In this document: piece after piece, positions 25,867 through 34,176 of the stretch
Numbering within the stretch: position 1 is the first letter of the stretch
Layout: each line of letters starts with the position of its first letter
Virus genome (UHGV): UHGV-0080856
Strand: one strand, 5' to 3'
Length of the DNA: 34,512 bases
DNA from: a virus
Position numbers and translations under genes: made by a program
Notes under the pieces: generated by a model
What the model saw: the letters and a program-made list of their open reading frames with translations, nothing else
Told to the model about the DNA's origin: nothing
Databases searched by the model: none

Positions 25867-26355
25867 ATGGCTAATTATTACGTCGCATCCAACTCAAACA
25901 ATGCTGAGGGCCCCTACTCTTTTGAAGAACTTGAAGCCTTGTACAAGGAAGGGAAAATCTTGTCAGAAACTCTTGTTTGCCCTGAAGGAGGTCAGGAGTG
26001 GCTATCCTTTGGAAGGATTTATCATCTGACCAAAAACACCAACAGAAAATCAGAAGAAAAAGAAACGGAGCGGCAACAAAAGAAACGATTTGTTGAATTT
26101 ATTTTAGATGAGAGAGAGAAAAAACCTGCTTGGGTGAATGAGCAAGAGCCTCTAAAAATTACAGTAGAGGGGTTGTTTCAAGTAGTGGGAGCAATGACGA
26201 TTATTGCTGGTATTGTATTATTTTTAATCAATTTTTATCATCATCAGTTTCCACTAGCCTTCATCTATTTGTTATCAGGTGCCTTCTCCTGCCTTGGCTG
26301 CTTCTGGTTCGCGAAGGTTCTGACGTTGCTCCAAAAGATCGCCGATAAGAAATAA
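25867..26355 (+). CDS. Membrane protein: N-terminal GYF/DUF4339-like domain plus two C-terminal TM helices (162 aa)
   Basis: ANYYVASNSNNAEGPYSFEELEALYKEGKILSETLVCPEGGQEWLSF follows the G-P-x-S...L...G-x-I...T-L-V...W pattern I recall for DUF4339. TMs VVGAMTIIAGIVLFLINFY and LAFIYLLSGAFSCLGCFWFA. AT-rich gene. Confidence 0.45.
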   Translation: MANYYVASNSNNAEGPYSFEELEALYKEGKILSETLVCPEGGQEWLSFGRIYHLTKNTNRKSEEKETERQQKKRFVEFILDEREKKPAWVNEQEPLKITVEGLFQVVGAMTIIAGIVLFLINFYHHQFPLAFIYLLSGAFSCLGCFWFAKVLTLLQKIADKK

Positions 26356-26406
26356 ACAACTAACCATTTTACAAGCAGCAGGAACCACGACATCACCATC
26401 AATGAC

Positions 26407-28551
26407 TTGCTGGCCCTCAAGCCGTCGAGCCTGACCCACGACCAGCAAAGCTTTTCCGCCTCCGCCATCACCGCGGTTTATCCCGTCCGCACCTTGGACG
26501 AGGTCTTGCCCTTCCAACAGTTCGATACTGTCACCATTTCCCAAAACGGGAACACCATTCTATCCGGCCTCGTTTCCAGCATCGAAAAGACCTACAGCGG
26601 CTCTTCCCGTGCGTGGAAAATCGTCTTTTCCGATCCCTGGTATTGGCTGGAACATTGCTTTGCCCTGGATTCCGAATGGAAGCCGGTCTTTTCCATGTGG
26701 AATAAAGTCAGCGGCGGGGGCGGCATCATTCCGAAGATAAGCCTTTCCGCCGCGCTCTCCCGAGTGCTGAACCTAGCCAAGCATCACCCGGCGGACTACG
26801 AGCTGCGCATCAGCGATGACAAGATGCTGATTCCGTGGAACGCCTCCTGTGATACGATTGGCAGCCTCCTTCAATCCATCCGCCGCTGGTCGCCCCGCAT
26901 GGTTTCCTACTATGACTACAGCGGCGCGCGCCCCAAACTCATCATCACGGACTATGACGCCCTGACGCCCATCGCGCTCCCCCTGCAGCCGACAGCGACG
27001 GTCAAGTCTATGGATGTTTCCCTGGTCCCCCGGGGCGACCTCGTACCGCCCTGCGTGGCTATCGTCGCAGAAACCACCGGCAGCAACGGCTACCGCGTCT
27101 CCTACCTGTCCAAATACCCGGAAGACGGGGATCCGACCTTGCCGCACTCCATTGTTTACCGGACGTCAGTAGACTTCTACTATTCTAAATACAGTTCTAC
27201 GGGGGAGCCGGTAGAAGATCCGCAGCCGGTGCAGGGCACTAGGGCCGGCAGCCTGTCCTACCAGCGCATGAAAGTGACGGGGACCAGGATTGACCAGAAC
27301 GACATGATCAACAGTTTCTGGAAAAATCATTTCCCGTGGATGAAAGATGTAGGGTCCATCGCCGCCTATGACCAGGACCCGACCATCACCGGGAAGCCCT
27401 GGGACGGAACGGAGGAAGACAAGCCCAGGGGCTACAACACCTCCGCCACGGGTTATGAACTGACGGACGGGCAAATTCATACCAAATCCCTCCGCCCGCA
27501 ATGGTGCAACGCCACCGTCAAGCAGCGTCTTGCCATCCCGGAAAGCGCCGCGTCCAAGTGGAGGGAGAAATTCAAGAATGTGGGAACGCTGCAAGGCGTG
27601 CCCTGCTTCTGGGAAGAATTCTCGGTGGATCTGGTCACCATGGACCGCCCCTACGCGAGCTACCCCATTGACGGCATCTACAACGGGGAACAGCCCTCCA
27701 ACGGTCCGGAAGAAGGGGAATCGCCGCAACCTTCGGAAGGCATTCCCTATGGGGACATTGCGAAAACGGTCTGGGAATCCATGCAGGAATTGCCGTGGGA
27801 CGGATCTATTTCCTTTGTCGCGCTGGGAGAAGCGCAGACGCGGCAATACATGGGCCGCCGCGTCTCGCTGCTGGGAGGAAACCCCGCCTGGCAGAACATC
27901 AACACCATGATTCAGACGGTGAGCCGCGACCTCCAGACCAACGTGATTTCCCTGTCCTACGGCGCGCCGGAACAACTAGGGATTGAAGAATGGGTAGAAT
28001 TGAAGCGCGTGAATGCCACGTCACGCAGATCCTCCACGCTGGAAAACATGCAGGGAGCGCCGGAATCGACGGAATACGGCTTTGACCCCAAGCCGGAATC
28101 CCCCACCATCAGCCAGCACATCACCACGGCCACGGGAGAATCCACGCCCGCGCCGGAATACGGTTTCCAAGTGCGCTTGCAGAAAGATACGGAGGGGGCC
28201 ATCACCGGGGCGCAAATGAAGCCCGGCGCGCTCTACCTGAACGGCTCGCTGCTCGGCAAATACCCGCAGGGGGGCGGTTCCGGTTCTTCCTGGGTGACTA
28301 TCCCCCAAACCAGCGGGGAAGTATGGCTCAACGCCCACTTCGACCAGGACGCCAAATTGACGGGCGTTGACGTCTCGGGCATTCCCGGACCGGTCTATCC
28401 GATCAGGCTCGGAGAGAAAAAGCCTGACGTCAATTTCGACTATTCTTTCCAGATAGCCGACATCGAAGACGACCAGGTGACGCAATACGCGCTGGGAATG
28501 ATCCAGATACCCGTCTTCGGAGGAACCTTCTACCCCTACGGACCAGCTTAA
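26407..28551 (+). CDS. Large tail/baseplate-associated structural protein (714 aa), function unknown
   Basis: Long clean ORF (TTG start assumed) in the distal tail region. No recognisable motif. Confidence 0.45.
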   Translation: MLALKPSSLTHDQQSFSASAITAVYPVRTLDEVLPFQQFDTVTISQNGNTILSGLVSSIEKTYSGSSRAWKIVFSDPWYWLEHCFALDSEWKPVFSMWNKVSGGGGIIPKISLSAALSRVLNLAKHHPADYELRISDDKMLIPWNASCDTIGSLLQSIRRWSPRMVSYYDYSGARPKLIITDYDALTPIALPLQPTATVKSMDVSLVPRGDLVPPCVAIVAETTGSNGYRVSYLSKYPEDGDPTLPHSIVYRTSVDFYYSKYSSTGEPVEDPQPVQGTRAGSLSYQRMKVTGTRIDQNDMINSFWKNHFPWMKDVGSIAAYDQDPTITGKPWDGTEEDKPRGYNTSATGYELTDGQIHTKSLRPQWCNATVKQRLAIPESAASKWREKFKNVGTLQGVPCFWEEFSVDLVTMDRPYASYPIDGIYNGEQPSNGPEEGESPQPSEGIPYGDIAKTVWESMQELPWDGSISFVALGEAQTRQYMGRRVSLLGGNPAWQNINTMIQTVSRDLQTNVISLSYGAPEQLGIEEWVELKRVNATSRRSSTLENMQGAPESTEYGFDPKPESPTISQHITTATGESTPAPEYGFQVRLQKDTEGAITGAQMKPGALYLNGSLLGKYPQGGGSGSSWVTIPQTSGEVWLNAHFDQDAKLTGVDVSGIPGPVYPIRLGEKKPDVNFDYSFQIADIEDDQVTQYALGMIQIPVFGGTFYPYGPA

Positions 28552-28559
28552 CAAACACC

Positions 28560-29315
28560 ATGATCAGAATCTATCTATTCACCTATGCCGGAGACGCGGA
28601 GGAAGCCCTCGTTTGTGTCCGATGCGCCGCGGCGGCCCTCCCCGAAGCCGTCATCACGGTGGTGGACGATGAATCCGCCCCCATTGCTGAACGTGCCAGA
28701 ATCGCTCTTGTAGAAGCCGGTGCGCGGTATCGTCAAACCGGCTGGACAAGGAACGGCAACCTGCGCGGCCCGGAATGCGTCCGGGGCGTCATTTCCACGC
28801 TGGCCGGGGAAGCGGAGGATGAAGACGTCATCGTCAAAATCGACTCCGACACGCTCCTGTTGTCGGGCGGCTGGATCCGCGACATGCAGCGCAACGGTCT
28901 GACTCTGCACGCCTCCGGCTACCAAGTCCCCAGCCACCCGTCCGAACGCTCCGCCTATGGGCCGTGTTACGCGATCAGCGGACGGGCGGCCAGACTGGCG
29001 GCTGAGGAACTGATGCAGGCTGACATCCCCGCGCTTGCTCCCGAAGACCTGACGATCTGCCGTACCATCCAGGGGCTCTTTCCCCAGGAGCGGATCAGGC
29101 TTGACGAACCTTGGACGCCCTTCAACAGGGAAGGGAAGTGGACAGCCTGGAACTGGTTCAGCATCGCCGTAACGCCGAAAAAATACGCCGAATTCTGGAT
29201 GGTCACCTTCGGCAACCCGCGCCCAACGAACATTCCCAAATCCGAGCGCGCCCGCGCCATGGACGCCTTGTACCGTTACCGGTTCCACAAGGAAGAAGAC
29301 GGATCATCTTGTTGA
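28560..29315 (+). CDS. GT-A-fold glycosyltransferase-like protein (251 aa). Candidate lysogenic-conversion gene next to int
   Basis: N-terminal Rossmann-like beta-strand RIYLFTY...EAVITVVDDESAP (DD/DxS motif) and a D-x-D motif VKIDSDTLLL, as in family-2 type glycosyltransferases. Confidence 0.35.
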   Translation: MIRIYLFTYAGDAEEALVCVRCAAAALPEAVITVVDDESAPIAERARIALVEAGARYRQTGWTRNGNLRGPECVRGVISTLAGEAEDEDVIVKIDSDTLLLSGGWIRDMQRNGLTLHASGYQVPSHPSERSAYGPCYAISGRAARLAAEELMQADIPALAPEDLTICRTIQGLFPQERIRLDEPWTPFNREGKWTAWNWFSIAVTPKKYAEFWMVTFGNPRPTNIPKSERARAMDALYRYRFHKEEDGSSC

Positions 29316-29348
29316 TGTCAACAACATGATCGTCTTAGGGAAGGAAGG

Positions 29349-30536
29349 CTAACGGGCCAGTCCGACGGCAATCTTGCTCATGGCCTCCTGAACGTCCGCC
29401 GAATCCGGGCGGAAATACACCCGTTCAATCTCTTCGGAGTCGTGGCCGACGATGAAGCGGCACAAATCCGGGGACACACCGGCCAGGCGCAGGACGGTCA
29501 CGGCGGTCGCCCGTAGGCTGTGGAAGCTCTTTTCCGAAAGCCGGTGCCGGTCGCCTCTCACTTCCCCGGGCATCTCTCGGATGATTCCGTACGTTTTCAA
29601 TAGCGTCGTGAACTCCGTGGAAAGCTTGTCGGAACGTCCTCCCGCATGTGCATGGCGAAGCGCGGCCAGGGGAAACACGTAATCGTTCACCCGGTTGAGC
29701 AGACGCCTTTCCAGAACCTCTTTCAAGGGCTGGATGATCGGCTTGTTCATGCGGCGCCGGCTTTTCTGCGTGGTCATGAACAGGAAGGAGTTCTTCAGGT
29801 CAATCTGGTCCCATTTCAGCGTCGCCAGGTCTCCGAGGCGCTGGCCTCCGGTATAGAGGCACACCCTCACCAGATCCGGCCATTCATCCGGGAACCGTTC
29901 AATGATGGTGTTCACTTCCTCCATGGTGAAGGCGCCGCGCAGCTGCTTTTCCGCCTGGTGGTCCGCCCGGGAAGGCATGACGCCCCGGAACGGATTCCGG
30001 GAAAGGATCTCCCGGTCTACAGCGATATTGAACGCGGTGGACAGCGTGGAAACATAGCGGATGACGGTTCCGGCGGAAACGCGCTCCAATTCCGTTTCTA
30101 CAAAATCCTTCGCCATCCCTTTATTCAGGGCGGCCAGCGGCATATTCCGCCGGTCCCCCAGGAACGCCAGAAGCCTGCGGACGGCCATGCCGTCCCGCTC
30201 ATAGGCCCGCTTCTTGTTTTTCCTCCCGTCCAGCCAGTCAAAGAGGAACCGGGTTACCGTCATGCCGTTCATGGTGGCTTTCAGCACGCCGGCCTGGTCC
30301 CCGGCAATGGCCTTCACCTTGTCCAAGTCGAAAACCCCGTACCGGGCTTCTTTCTCCATCTCCTGGGCTACCAGCCGCGCCCGGGCTTCATTCTGGGACA
30401 TGATTGATTTCTTATTGGCTCCCGGAAGCAGCGCCTTGGGAACCACGTCGATGCCGGTGGTTTTCCGAAGCTCTTTGCCGTCCAGGGAGCGGAAGACGGC
30501 CACCCATTTGTTGTTGCGTTTGATGATGCCTGCCAT
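29349..30536 (-). CDS. int: Tyrosine integrase (phage integrase family)
   Basis: C-terminal catalytic signature ...HSLRATAVTVLRLAGVSPDLCRFIVGHDSEEIERVYFRP (R...H-x-x-R...H...Y). N-terminal SAM-like/arm-binding domain. 395 aa. Confidence 0.9.
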   Translation of the reverse strand: MAGIIKRNNKWVAVFRSLDGKELRKTTGIDVVPKALLPGANKKSIMSQNEARARLVAQEMEKEARYGVFDLDKVKAIAGDQAGVLKATMNGMTVTRFLFDWLDGRKNKKRAYERDGMAVRRLLAFLGDRRNMPLAALNKGMAKDFVETELERVSAGTVIRYVSTLSTAFNIAVDREILSRNPFRGVMPSRADHQAEKQLRGAFTMEEVNTIIERFPDEWPDLVRVCLYTGGQRLGDLATLKWDQIDLKNSFLFMTTQKSRRRMNKPIIQPLKEVLERRLLNRVNDYVFPLAALRHAHAGGRSDKLSTEFTTLLKTYGIIREMPGEVRGDRHRLSEKSFHSLRATAVTVLRLAGVSPDLCRFIVGHDSEEIERVYFRPDSADVQEAMSKIAVGLAR

Positions 30537-30541
30537 AGTGC

Positions 30542-30731
30542 TGTACAGTCCTTAGACAATGTACAGTCGCATGTACAGGGAGCTTTTTTCTGTCAGGCGC
30601 TTTCAGGTGCGCTCAAAACTGCGCAAAATGTAGGAAAATCAAGGGTCATTCCGTCACGTGCTGACGAGAATTGGCATCGCGTACGGGATTTAGCATCTTG
30701 TCTATAAGTTTTTAACGGGTCACCTGTACAG
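30542..30731. promoter_or_regulatory. Integrase-proximal direct repeats TGTACAG (x4: 30542, 30560, 30572, 30725). Candidate Int arm-type or autoregulatory sites in the attP region
   Basis: gcTGTACAGtcc, aaTGTACAGtcg and caTGTACAGgga lie within 45 bp upstream of the int ATG; ccTGTACAGcat is farther out. Confidence 0.4.
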
Positions 30732-30793
30732 CATACCGTATAGCACCGCCAGAAAGCCGCATCCACGGATGCAGGAGTATGTAAAGGGAGACA

Positions 30794-30990
30794 TGTCATG
30801 ACACAGAAAAAATGAACCCTCGCACATAAAAACCGCCCGCGTCTCCCGACGCAGGCGGAAAAAGAATGAATAGAAAGGATCCTTATTCAGGAAAGCACTT
30901 TTATATCATATTTTCAGCAGTCGTCAATCTTGGAACCTCGAATGAGGGAATGTCATGACTTGTCATCCTCTGAACGCGAAAGTCATGACA
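30794..30990. promoter_or_regulatory. Three copies of a 10-bp palindrome TGTCATGACA (30794-30803, 30951-30960 as TGTCATGACt, 30981-30990 as aGTCATGACA) in the int-repressor intergenic (attP) region
   Basis: Read directly. The motif is self-complementary. Confidence 0.45.
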
Positions 30991-31046
30991 AATCGTCTTA
31001 ACGGAGCCACAAGGCATCAAATCTCATGAAAAAACAGGAAATATTA

Positions 31047-31074
31047 CCCCCCCCCCCCCCCCGCATTATAATGC
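31047..31074. repeat. Homopolymeric C16 tract immediately followed by the 12-bp palindrome GCATTATAATGC, which contains a consensus -10 hexamer
   Basis: attaCCCCCCCCCCCCCCCCgcattataatgcgc. The C-tract fills the spacer between a TTAccc -35-like element and TATAAT. Confidence 0.85.
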
Positions 31075-31127
31075 GCTAAATATTAGTGTATTAGGAGATA
31101 AATTTTCAGCAAGAAAGGGTTACGTCA

Positions 31128-31274
31128 ATGTCGGGTAACGTGATGCTTGTGTTTTTCTTGCTGGCTGTGCTGTTCGGGTTCGTTTGTTTCGGCCTTGGTA
31201 TTGTAGAAGGTTGCCGGAGGACCACGAAGAGGATCTTGGAGAATATTTCAAAAGGGATGAAGAAAGGGGAATGA
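31128..31274 (+). CDS. 48-aa hydrophobic peptide with a charged C-tail (type I toxin-like or small membrane protein)
   Basis: MSGNVMLVFFLLAVLFGFVCFGLGIVEGCRRTTKRILENISKGMKKGE. RBS aagaaaggg. Lies about 55 nt downstream of the poly-C/TATAAT promoter. Too short for the supplied ORF track. Confidence 0.35.
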   Translation: MSGNVMLVFFLLAVLFGFVCFGLGIVEGCRRTTKRILENISKGMKKGE

Positions 31275-31295
31275 ATCATTCCCCCTTGTTTTTCT
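31265..31295. terminator. Bidirectional terminator hairpin (ggggaat-gaatc-attcccc plus T-run) between the convergent small-peptide and repressor genes
   Basis: aaaggggaatgaatcattcccccttgtttttc. Confidence 0.5.
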
Positions 31296-31653
31296 CTTCC
31301 TGTAACCGTTTCATAAGGAGTTCTTTATTGTCTCCTGCATATTCCAAGACGTAAATAATCCAGTCCACGATATTCATGCCGCAGGCTTTCGCATAATTAT
31401 TGAATTCGAGGAATTTATCATGCGATACCTTGAGGTTGATATCAAGATCAGCGATAGAGATTTGGCTATCGTCGGCAGGTTGGGGTTGGTTCATTAGGTT
31501 GTCAATAATGATCAGAGCCTTTTTGGGGATCTCTCTGTTCTTTGACATCCAGTTGTTGACTTGACCGTATGACACTCCGCATTGCTCGGCTAACCATTTT
31601 CTGTCCTTGTTGAGCGTTTTCAGCCACTGATCTATTTCTTGCTTCGTGTACAT
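31276..31653 (-). CDS. XRE-family HTH transcriptional regulator. Likely the prophage maintenance repressor (CI-like)
   Basis: HTH KWLAEQCGVSYGQVNNWMS near the N-terminus. The ORF runs 31276..31689; the ATG at 31653 (MYTKQEIDQW...) is taken as the start. Divergent from cro/ant-side genes. Confidence 0.6.
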   Translation of the reverse strand: MYTKQEIDQWLKTLNKDRKWLAEQCGVSYGQVNNWMSKNREIPKKALIIIDNLMNQPQPADDSQISIADLDINLKVSHDKFLEFNNYAKACGMNIVDWIIYVLEYAGDNKELLMKRLQEEKNKGE

Positions 31654-31663
31654 GGGCAAATAG

Positions 31664-31756
31664 TTATCAGCATCGGCTGATAATTGCAAGTCGAAAATAA
31701 TAACGATATGCTGAAATATTTATTGACTTGTTCAGTATTTGCTGATAATTTCGCCT
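31664..31756. promoter_or_regulatory. Divergent control region: 20-bp palindrome TTATCAGC-ATCG-GCTGATAA (31664-31683) plus further GCTGA(T/A)AAT half-sites (31709-31717, 31740-31749) overlapping a rightward promoter TTGACT(31723)-15 nt-GATAAT(31744)
   Basis: Read directly. Operator-like repeats lie between the repressor gene and the first rightward gene (ATG 31785). Confidence 0.45.
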
Positions 31757-31784
31757 CATCAACCAACCAAATCATCACACACCC

Positions 31785-31976
31785 ATGATAGATACCATCC
31801 AAGTACCAATCAAAAAACTCGCTGAGTCTCCTAAAGCCAGCGGGTCAGTTATGGCCCTCTCAGTCAGGGACAACTTGCCACTGAGCGAAGCCATTATTCA
31901 GACCCTCCGCATCTTGGCTCATGATGCGACCGACAGCAAAACGCAGCCGAATCAGACCAAAACCTTCAACCGATAA
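31785..31976 (+). CDS. Hypothetical small protein in the Cro position (63 aa)
   Basis: First rightward gene after the divergent promoter. No clear HTH. Confidence 0.35.
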   Translation: MIDTIQVPIKKLAESPKASGSVMALSVRDNLPLSEAIIQTLRILAHDATDSKTQPNQTKTFNR

Positions 31977-31981
31977 ACAAC

Positions 31982-32776
31982 ATGAACAACAACATAGTAC
32001 CATTCAACAATGCCGCGCTTGGCTGTTCTGTCCGGACAGTCATCATCAACAACGATCCTTGGTTTGTCGCCAAGGATGTCTGTGAGGCCTTGGAAATCAA
32101 CAACACCAGCGATACTCTCAAAAAGGTATTGGATGACGACGAAAGGGGTATAGATACTATCTACACCCCTGGAGGTCCTCAGCAAGTATCAATCATCAAC
32201 GAATCCGGGCTTTACTCTCTGATTCTCCGCTCCCGAAAGCCGGAGGCAAAGAAGTTCAAGAAGTGGGTAACTGAAGAAGTCCTCCCGACGATACGCAAAC
32301 ACGGCATCTACGCCACAGGCGAGAAACTTCTTGAACTGATTTCCAAGCCAGAGAACGCACTTAAAGTCTTCCAAGCTCTCAAAGATGAACAGGACAAGAG
32401 GAAGTCTCTTGAAGCGAAGATAGAAGAGGACGCGCCCTACACGGAATTCGGAAAGAGCGTGGAAGTTTCCGAAGGCTGCATGCTGATAGGAGAATTTGCC
32501 AAGGTCCTTGCGCAGAACGGAAGGGAAATCGGACAGAACCGTCTTTTTGAGCTGCTTCGAAATGAAGGCATCCTCGGGAAGGTTGGCAATCGCCGCAACG
32601 TCCCGTCACAGGAACATGTGGAAGCCGGTCGTTTCCGTCTCAATTACCGGATTATCCAACATGCGAGCGGAAGAGTGGAAAGTAAAGCAACTCCGTATCT
32701 GACGCCGAAGGGTCAAGTTTGGCTGTTGAAGCGGATGACTGGGAAGAAAACCGAACAGAAGGAGGCGAAGAAGTGA
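31982..32776 (+). CDS. ant: Phage antirepressor (Bro-N domain plus KilA-C domain)
   Basis: N-terminal Bro-N signature (...VRTVIINNDPWFVAKDVCEALEI...ESGLYSLILRSRKPEAKKFKKWVTEEVLPTIRKHGIY...). C-terminal KilAC-like segment (IGEFAKVLAQNGREIGQNRLFELLRNEGIL). Confidence 0.75.
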   Translation: MNNNIVPFNNAALGCSVRTVIINNDPWFVAKDVCEALEINNTSDTLKKVLDDDERGIDTIYTPGGPQQVSIINESGLYSLILRSRKPEAKKFKKWVTEEVLPTIRKHGIYATGEKLLELISKPENALKVFQALKDEQDKRKSLEAKIEEDAPYTEFGKSVEVSEGCMLIGEFAKVLAQNGREIGQNRLFELLRNEGILGKVGNRRNVPSQEHVEAGRFRLNYRIIQHASGRVESKATPYLTPKGQVWLLKRMTGKKTEQKEAKK

Positions 32777-33105
32777 AAGCTCTGTTCGCCCTCGTCTTGT
32801 CCGGGCTTGTTCTTTCAGGTTGCGATCAGGGTTCCGAGCCTCAACCTGTTAAACAAGCCGATAATCAGAAAAAAGCCCCTAAAAAAGAGACACCAACATG
32901 GGAAATTAAAATTGAACAGAACGGCATTCCCGATGCTGTTTTTACAACGGGATATGCAAACTGTGTTGAGGCGTTCAAGATGGGAGCGAGGGCAGATATT
33001 CCAATATATGGGTATGTGATTTATAAGCCGGATGGAGGACAAATCATCGTGTCAGGAACGACGAGAATCACCAGGACAAAAGTTAAAAATAATAACGAGT
33101 TATGA
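32773..33105 (+). CDS. Prophage lipoprotein (signal peptide plus lipobox LSGC), 110 aa
   Basis: GTG 32773 overlaps the ant stop. MKALFALVLSGLVLSGC then a Lys/Pro-rich linker and a beta-rich domain. Confidence 0.5.
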   Translation: MKALFALVLSGLVLSGCDQGSEPQPVKQADNQKKAPKKETPTWEIKIEQNGIPDAVFTTGYANCVEAFKMGARADIPIYGYVIYKPDGGQIIVSGTTRITRTKVKNNNEL

Positions 33106-33188
33106 ATGATGGCGTGTTTCTAATTCTTCTGGGCGGCATTATCGTATTTTTGATGCTTATCATATCAAATTTAGATGGACGTTGAACA

Positions 33189-33356
33189 ATGATCATTGAA
33201 TACGACGACGAAGACCGGTGCATTCGGGTGGACGGCGAACCTATTTCCTACGGTGTCGCGGTTGGACTCCTGGAGCAGATAGAGCAGGCAATCGACGAGT
33301 GGGATTTTGACCACGCCCCCCAATGCGACAACCCGGACGGACACTACGACGACTAA
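33189..33356 (+). CDS. Small acidic protein (55 aa; MIIEYDDEDRCIRVDGEPISYGV...)
   Basis: ATG 33189; below the ORF-track size cutoff. The antisense 78-aa ORF 33171..33407 looks less protein-like. Confidence 0.3.
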   Translation: MIIEYDDEDRCIRVDGEPISYGVAVGLLEQIEQAIDEWDFDHAPQCDNPDGHYDD

Positions 33357-33487
33357 CTGACTTTTAACCAATCGCCCGGCCCAGGTGGGGCCTAAAACCA
33401 AAACCAAAACATCAATAGGTATATAGAGTAATACGGTCTGGCAGGCGCGGGGAAACCCGTCCGGGCGGCCAATTCAGAAGAACGAAC

Positions 33488-33799
33488 ATGAGCGAAAACG
33501 ACACAACCATGACCACCCTTGCGACCGCGCTGGAAACGCTGGCCGGAGTATTGCGGGAGCTGGCAACAACGCCTGTTCCTTCTACGCCTGAATCGTCTTC
33601 CGTTTCCATTTTCGGAGCAATCGAAAAGAAATACGCTAAAAGCTCTACATTAGCCAATTATTATGACATTTCCTCCCGGCAGATGGATAACATCCTGGCA
33701 CGGGCGGGGAAGAATGTAAGAAGGCTGGAAGGAGTCGGAAAAGGAACCCTTTATAACATGGAAGACGTGGAAAAATACTTAACTAACAAAAGAAAATGA
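33488..33799 (+). CDS. Excisionase/AlpA-like HTH DNA-binding protein (103 aa)
   Basis: C-terminal SSTLANYYDISSRQMDNILARAG...GKGTLYNMEDVEKYL resembles excisionase-family winged-helix domains. Confidence 0.45.
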   Translation: MSENDTTMTTLATALETLAGVLRELATTPVPSTPESSSVSIFGAIEKKYAKSSTLANYYDISSRQMDNILARAGKNVRRLEGVGKGTLYNMEDVEKYLTNKRK

Positions 33800-34176
33800 C
33801 CACACATCAACACATCATTGACCGGGGCCCCTTCAAGGGGATGGTGGAAACGATCACCAACAACCCGCACCCCGCAAAGACGACGCGCTGCTACATGTGC
33901 GCGGCGCCGCTGAAAGCCTCGACATCATGGATGTCCCTGGTAGGGGACCATCAGGACGGCGTCTTCACCGCGCGCTTTCTGTGCCCGTTATGCGCCAGGG
34001 AACGCCTCAACGGCATCCCGGACGAAGCGGAGCGCTGCTGGAACTATACCCAAGCCGCCCAATCAGGGCCCCGGATTACCAAAATCCTCGCTTACCTGAT
34101 TTTCTGGTGTGGACTGGTTACTGCCGGAGGAACATTCCTCTTCTTAATTTTCCTCCTGCTCAAAAACCTTTTTTAA
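33796..34176 (+). CDS. Zinc-ribbon (CxxC...CxxC) protein with a C-terminal TM anchor, 126 aa
   Basis: CYMCAAPLKAS...CPLCARERL, then ILAYLIFWCGLVTAGGTFLFLIFLLL. Confidence 0.45.
   Translation: MTTHQHIIDRGPFKGMVETITNNPHPAKTTRCYMCAAPLKASTSWMSLVGDHQDGVFTARFLCPLCARERLNGIPDEAERCWNYTQAAQSGPRITKILAYLIFWCGLVTAGGTFLFLIFLLLKNLF

Noticed and set aside
30537-31127. Searched the int-proximal intergenic region for a tRNA gene or tRNA 3'-end fragment (a common attP core)
   Set aside because: No cloverleaf-compatible sequence or GGTTCGAATCC-like T-arm was found by eye. The element is in its excised/circular form, so the core cannot be delimited without the host sequence.
33171-33407. 78-aa minus-strand ORF in the gap between the lipoprotein and xis-like genes
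   Set aside because: Val/Leu-rich low-complexity translation antisense to a more protein-like + strand small ORF (33189..33356). It is on the opposite strand from the rest of the early operon.
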